A stretch of DNA of 64,000 nucleotides from Camelus ferus (Eukaryota). Below are positions 61,564 through 64,000 of the stretch, piece by piece (position 1 is the first letter of the stretch; each line of letters starts with the position of its first letter). Position numbers and translations under genes: made by a program. A model generated the notes under the pieces. The model saw nothing but the letters and a program-made list of their open reading frames with translations, was not told the DNA's origin and did not search any database. The DNA lies in assembly GCF_009834535.1 (NCBI RefSeq), contig NC_045697.1, positions 106,518,001 through 106,582,000 of the forward strand, given 5' to 3'.

Positions 61564-63629
61564 AGATCCCAAATTGGAAAAGATCCCAAATTGGAAAAGA
61601 AGAGGTAAAAGTGTCACTATATACCGACGACATGTTACTATATATAGAAAACCCTAAAAGGTCCACACAAAAACTACGAGAGCTGATGAAAGAATTCAGC
61701 AAGGTAGCAGGTTACAAAATTAACGTTCAAAAATCAGTTGCATTTCTTTACACTAACAATGAATCAACAGAAAAAGAAAGTAAAGAAACAATCCCCTTTA
61801 AAATAGCACCCAAAGTAATAAAATATCTGGGAATAAATCTAACCAAGGAGGTGAAAGAATTATACACAGAAAACTATAAACCATTGATGAAGGAAATTAA
61901 AGAAGACTTTAAAAAATGGAAAGATATCCCATGCCCTTGGATTGGAAGAATCAATATTGTTAAAATGGTCACACTGCCCAAGGCAATCTACAGATTTAAT
62001 GCAATCCCTATCAAATTACCCAGGACATATTTCACAGAACTAGAACAAATCATAATAAAATTCATATGGAACCATCAAAGACCTAGAATTGCCAAAGCAT
62101 TACTGAAGAGAAAGAAAGAGGCTGGAGGAATAACTCTCCCAGACTTCAGACAATACTATAGAGCTACAGTCATCAAGACAGCATGGTATTGGTACAAAAA
62201 CAGACATACAGACCAATGGAACAGAATAGAGATCCCAGAAATGAACCCACAAACTTTTGGTCAACCAATCTTCGACAAAGGAGGCAAGAATATACAATGA
62301 AATAAAAACAGTCTCTTCAGCAAATGGTGTTGGGAAAACTGGACAGCAGCATGGAAAACAATGAAGCTAGAACACTCCCTTACACCATATACAAAAATCA
62401 ACTCAAAATGGATCAAAGACTTAAACATAAGACAAGATACAATAAACCTCCTAGAGGAAAACATAGGCAAAACATTATCTGACATACATTTCAAAAATTT
62501 TCTCCTAGTAGAAATAAAAGCAAGAATAAACAAATGGGACCTAATGAAACTTACAAGCTTCTGCACAGCAAAGGAAACCAGAAATAAAACAAGAAGACAA
62601 CCTACGGAATGGGGGAAAATTTTTGCAAATGAAACCGACAAAGGCTTGATCTCCAGAATATATAAGCAGCTCATATGACTCAATAAGAAAAAAATAAACA
62701 ACCCAATCCAAAAATGGGCAGAAGACCTAAATAAGCAATTCTCCAAGGAAGACATACAAATGATCAAAAGGTACATGAAAAAGTGCTCAATATAGCTAAT
62801 TATCAGAGAAATGCAAATCAAAACTACAATGAGGTATCACCTCACACCAGTCAGAATGGCCATCATTCAAAAACCCACAAATGACAAATGATGGAGAGGC
62901 TATGGAGAAAGCGGAACCCTCATACACTGCTGATGGGAATGCAGTTTGGTGCAGCCACTATGGAAAACAGTGTGGAGATTCCTCAAAAGACTAGGAATAG
63001 ACTTATCATATGACCCAGGAATCCCACTCCTGGGCTTGTATCCAGAAGGAACCCTACTTCAGGATGACACCTGCACCCCAATGTTCATAGCAGCACTATT
63101 TACAATAGCCAAAACATGGAAACAGCCTAAATGTCCATCAACAGGTGACTGGATAAAGAAGAAGTGGTATATTTATACAATGGAATACTACTCAGCCATA
63201 AAAACTGACAACATAATGCCATTTGCAGCAACATGGATGCTCCTGGAGAATGTCATTCTAAGTGAAGTAAGCCAGAAAGAGAAAGAAAAATACCATATGA
63301 GATCGCTCATATGTGGAATCTAAAAAACAAAAACAAACAAACAAACAAACAAAAACAGAAATAGACTCATAGAGAATACAGACTTGTGGTTGCCAGGGGG
63401 GCAGAGGGTGGGAAGGGATAGACTTGGATTTCAAAATTGTAGAATAGATAAACAAGATTATACTGTATAGCACAGGGAAATATACACAAAATGTTATGGT
63501 AGCTCACAGAGAAAAAAATGTGACAATGAGTGTGTATATGTCCATGTATGACTGAAAAATTGTGCTGAACACTGGAATTTGACACAACATTGTAAAATGA
63601 TTATAAATCAATAAAAAATGTTTAAAAAA
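61564..63629 (+). mobile_element. Relatively young 5'-truncated camelid-type LINE-1
   Basis: Near-intact ORF2 C-terminal part, G-rich 3'UTR, AATAAA and a short A-rich end. Confidence 0.97.
61587..63323 (+). pseudogene. L1 ORF2 (RT catalytic region to C-terminal Cys-rich domain), inactivated
   Basis: [23 protein letters not shown]...KYLGINLTK...ICGI*. One frame throughout, with in-frame stops at 62298, 62676, 62793, 62889 and 62931. Confidence 0.95.
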
Positions 63630-63664
63630 CAAGATGTGGCATGCATACATATATATGTTTGTGT

Positions 63665-63713
<49 letters not shown>

Positions 63714-64000
63714 TGTATGGAATATTACTCAGTCATGAAAAAGAATGAAATCTTGCCCTTTGCAAAATACAGATGGACCTAGAAAGTATTATGCTAAGTC
63801 AGACAGAGAAAGACAAATAGTGTATGATTTCACTTGTATGTGGACTCTAAAAAACAAAACAAATGAATAAACATAACAAAACAGAAATAGTCATAGATAC
63901 AGAGAACAAACAGGTAGTTGCCAGAGGGTGTGGGGCTGGGAGGGAGGAGAAAATTAGGTGAGAGAAATTAAGAAGTACAAACTTCCTGTTGCAAAATAAA
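63630..64000 (+). mobile_element. Older L1 3' end, running off the window
   Basis: 'atggaatattactcagtcatgaaaaagaatgaaatcttgccc...cacttgtatgtggactctaa...gtacaaacttcctgttgcaaaataaa'. Confidence 0.9.
63668..63711 (+). repeat. (CA)22 microsatellite within L1
   Basis: Uninterrupted CA repeat seen directly. Confidence 0.97.

Noticed and set aside
62261..62821. 186-aa hydrophobic minus-strand ORF
   Set aside because: Antisense reading of L1 ORF2, a common artefact.

Overview
This is mammalian nuclear DNA, most likely from a camelid (alpaca, vicuna or camel). The evidence is four tRNA-Ala-derived SINEs of the camelid vic-1 type and a young L1 with a matching lineage-type 3' end. The window is AT-rich, repeat-dense and looks intronic or intergenic. 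I can recognise no host protein-coding gene, rRNA, genuine tRNA gene, CRISPR array or viral insertion. The few ORFs I can assign are L1 ORF2 remnants; the rest look like chance ORFs. The main content is a layered record of transposable elements: L3/CR1, L2, MIR, HAL1, old and young L1, MLT1 solo LTRs, hAT MITEs (MER5, MER20B, MER58, MER81) and vic-1 SINEs, several nested with readable target-site duplications (TSDs). The non-repeat signals worth checking are a well-formed 87-nt in-frame candidate exon (21123-21209, +), a perfect 14-nt let-7 complementary site (56136-56149), a strong CTCF-type motif (38273-38286), a tract of 16 G runs inside a MIR, an AT-rich inverted repeat, and unusual junctions on the young L1 at 61.6-63.6 kb. 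I found no convincing evidence of a novel biological system. Repeat subfamily names come from recalled consensus sequences. Boundaries are approximate unless a TSD is quoted.
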